Source: the human T2T-CHM13v2.0 reference genome, Homo sapiens. From it: DNA of 64,000 nt. The translations under genes were made by a program, and so were the position numbers. The notes below the pieces were generated by a model that was given only the letters and a program-made list of their open reading frames with translations, did not search any database and was not told where the DNA came from. The stretch lies in NCBI RefSeq assembly GCF_009914755.1, contig NC_060931.1; one strand, given 5' to 3'. This document shows positions 60,647-64,000 of the stretch, in pieces (within the stretch, counting starts at the first letter, position 1; every line of letters starts with the position of its first letter).

Positions 60647-62537
60647 GCTTTTTAAGCTAATAAGCAACTTCAGCAAACTCTTGGGATACAAAGTCAATGT
60701 GCAAAAATCGCTAGCATTCCTATGCACCAAGAACAGACAAGCAGAGAGCCAAATTATGAATGAATTCCCATTCACAACTGCCACAAAAAGAATAAAATAC
60801 TTAGGAATAGAGCTAACAAGGGAAGTGAAGGACCTCTTCAAGGAGAACTACAAATCACTGCTCAAAGAAATCAGAGGTGACACAAAACAAATGAAAAAAC
60901 ATTCCCTGCTCATGGATAGGAAGAATCAATATTGTGAAAATGGCTATACTGCCCAAAGCAATTTATAGCTTCAAAGCTATTCCCATTAAAATATCATTGA
61001 CATTCTTCACAAAATTAGAAAAAGCTATTCTAAAATTCATATGAAACCCCCAAAGAACCTGAATTGCCAAGTCAATCTTAAGCAAAAAAGAACAAAGCTG
61101 GAGGCTTCATGCTACCTGACATCAAGCTATACTACAAAGCTGCAGTAACTAAAATAGAATGGTACTGGTACAAAAACAGACACATAGACCAATGGAAGAG
61201 AGTTGAGAACCCAGAAATAAGACTGCACACCTACGACCATCTGATCTTTGACAAACATGACAAAAACAAGCAATGGGAAAAGGATTTCTTATTTAATAAA
61301 TGGTGTTGGGAGAACTAGCTGGCCGTATGCAGAAAATTGAAACTGGACCTCTTCCTTACACCATATACAAAAATCAACTCAAGATGGATTAAATACTTAA
61401 ACCCCAAACTATAAAAACCCTTGAAGAAAGCCTAGGCAATACCATTCAGGACATAGGCACAGGCAAAGATTCGTGACAAAGATGCTAAAAGCAATTGCAA
61501 CAAAAGCTAAAATTGACAAATGGGATCTAATTAAACTAAAGAGCTTCTGCACAGCAAAGAAAACTTTCAACTGAGTGCACAGAAAACTTATGGAATGGGA
61601 GAAAATTTTTGCAAACTATGCATCTGAAAAGGGTCTAATATCCAGCAACTGTAAGGAACTTAAATTTATAACAAAAAAAAAATCCATTAAGAAGGGCAAA
61701 GGACACAAACCAAACACTTTAAAAATAAGATATACATGCAGCCAACAAGCATATGAAAAAAGGCTCAATATCACTGATCGTTAGAGAATTGCAAGTCAAA
61801 ACCACAACGAGATACCTTCTCACACCAATCAGAATGGCTGTTGTTAAAAAGTCAAAAAATAATAGATGCTAGTGAGGTTTTGGAGAAAAGGGAACACTTG
61901 TACACTGATGGTGGGAGTGTAATTAGTTCAACCTTTGTGGAAGACAGTGTAGCAATTCCTCAAAGACCTAAAAAAGAAATACTATTCAACCTGGCAATTC
62001 CATTACTGGGTATATACTCAAAAAACTATAAATCATTCTATTATAAAGACAGATGCACATGTATGTTTATTGCAGCACTACTCACAGTAGCAAAGACATG
62101 GAATCAACCTAAATGCCCATCAGTGATACACTAGATAAAGAAAATGTGATACATATACACCGTGGAATACCATACAGCCATAAAAAAGAACAAGATCATG
62201 TCCTTTGCAGGGACATGAATGGAGCTGGAGGCCATTATTTTTAGCAAACTAATGCAGGAACAGAAAACCAAATACTGCCTGTTCTTAGTTACAAGTGGGA
62301 GATAAATGAGGAGAACACATGGACACATAGAGGGGAACAACACACACTGGGAACTGTCAGAGAGTTGATGGTAGGAGGAGGAAGAGGATCAGGAAGACTA
62401 GCTAGTGGATGCTGGGCTTAATACCTGGGTGATGGGATGATCTGTGCAGCAAACCACCATGGCACATGTTTACCTATGTAACAAACCTGCACATTCTGCA
62501 CATGTACCCCTGAACTTAAAAGTTGAAAAGAAAAAAA
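60647..62537 (+). mobile_element. 5'-truncated L1PA (L1PA10-12-like)
   Basis: ORF2 peptides 60681-60968 and 61109-61318; 3'UTR ending cacatgtacccctgaacttaaaagttgaaaagaaaaaaa. Confidence 0.92.
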
Positions 62538-63004
62538 TTCTTTGAAGACTGGTAAAAAGAACACTAGCTTTTGTGTTTATTAATTTTCTCTATTGTTTTT
62601 CTATTTTTAATTGTATTGCTTGCTAGTCTTATTTTTATTACTTCCCAACTTTTACTTTTTTGGTTTTAATTTGTTCTTCCTCTTCTATTTTCATAAGGTA
62701 GAAGCTTCTATTATTGATTTGAGAACTTTCTGCTTTTCTAATGTAATCAATTGATAGTATAAATCCCCCTCTAATCACTGCCTTAGCTGTGCTCCACAGA
62801 TTTTGATACGTTGTGCTTTCATTTTCAGTCAATTAAGGTATTTTCTAATTTCCCTTGTGATTTTTCTTTGATACATAGAAGTACTTAAAATTATGCTGGG
62901 TAATTTCCAGAACATTTTTGGTTTTCTAGATAGCTTTCTGTTACTGATTTCTAATGTCATCCTGTTTTGGTCAGAGAATACAATTTGGATGTTTTCACAT
63001 TTCT

Positions 63005-63735
<731 letters not shown>

Positions 63736-64000
63736 CTCCAGATACGTTCTATGTTGGTGAAATGTACACATGAAAAGAATGTATATTCTGACATTGTTGG
63801 GTGGGATTTAATATATAGATGTGAAGTTGGTTGATAATTATATCTTCACTGATTTTCTCTCTAATTGGTTTGTCAATTACTGAGAAAAGTATTAAAGTCT
63901 CCAACAAAGCTGTGTATTTGTCTATTTCTTTCTTCACTTCTGTCAGTTTTTGCTTTATGAAATTAATCTCTATTATTAGATATATACACATTTAGTATTG

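Overview
AT-rich, repeat-dense primate genomic DNA, most likely human given the AluY/AluS, L1PA, MaLR, L2 and MIR content. It is intergenic or deep intronic. I recognise no host protein-coding exon, RNA gene or CpG island. The ORFs I can assign are LINE-1 ORF1/ORF2 or Alu read-throughs, and the rest look like chance ORFs. Main structures: (i) a young L1PA with a 5' inversion (twin priming) and exact TSD at 1.5-5.8 kb; (ii) two near-full-length older L1PA elements (about L1PA12-16) lying head-to-head at 14.2-21.2 kb (-) and 29.7-37.1 kb (+), with apparently unrelated 5'UTRs, one built from ~265-bp tandem monomers; (iii) nine Alus plus an Alu fragment, several solo LTRs, L2/MIR/hAT relics and a nested L1 stack at 58.7-64 kb. 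Two signals are not explained by repeat labels. First, a ~205-bp copy of local non-repeat DNA (26749-27229, in its pre-Alu state) plus a patchwork 40-bp filler is pasted into the 5'UTR of the 29.7-kb L1. Second, an ~82-bp near-perfect fold-back palindrome (49090-49271) is fused to the 5' junction of a tiny L1 insertion. These look like retrotransposition or repair scars rather than a new gene system. Subfamily names and old-repeat boundaries are by-eye estimates.
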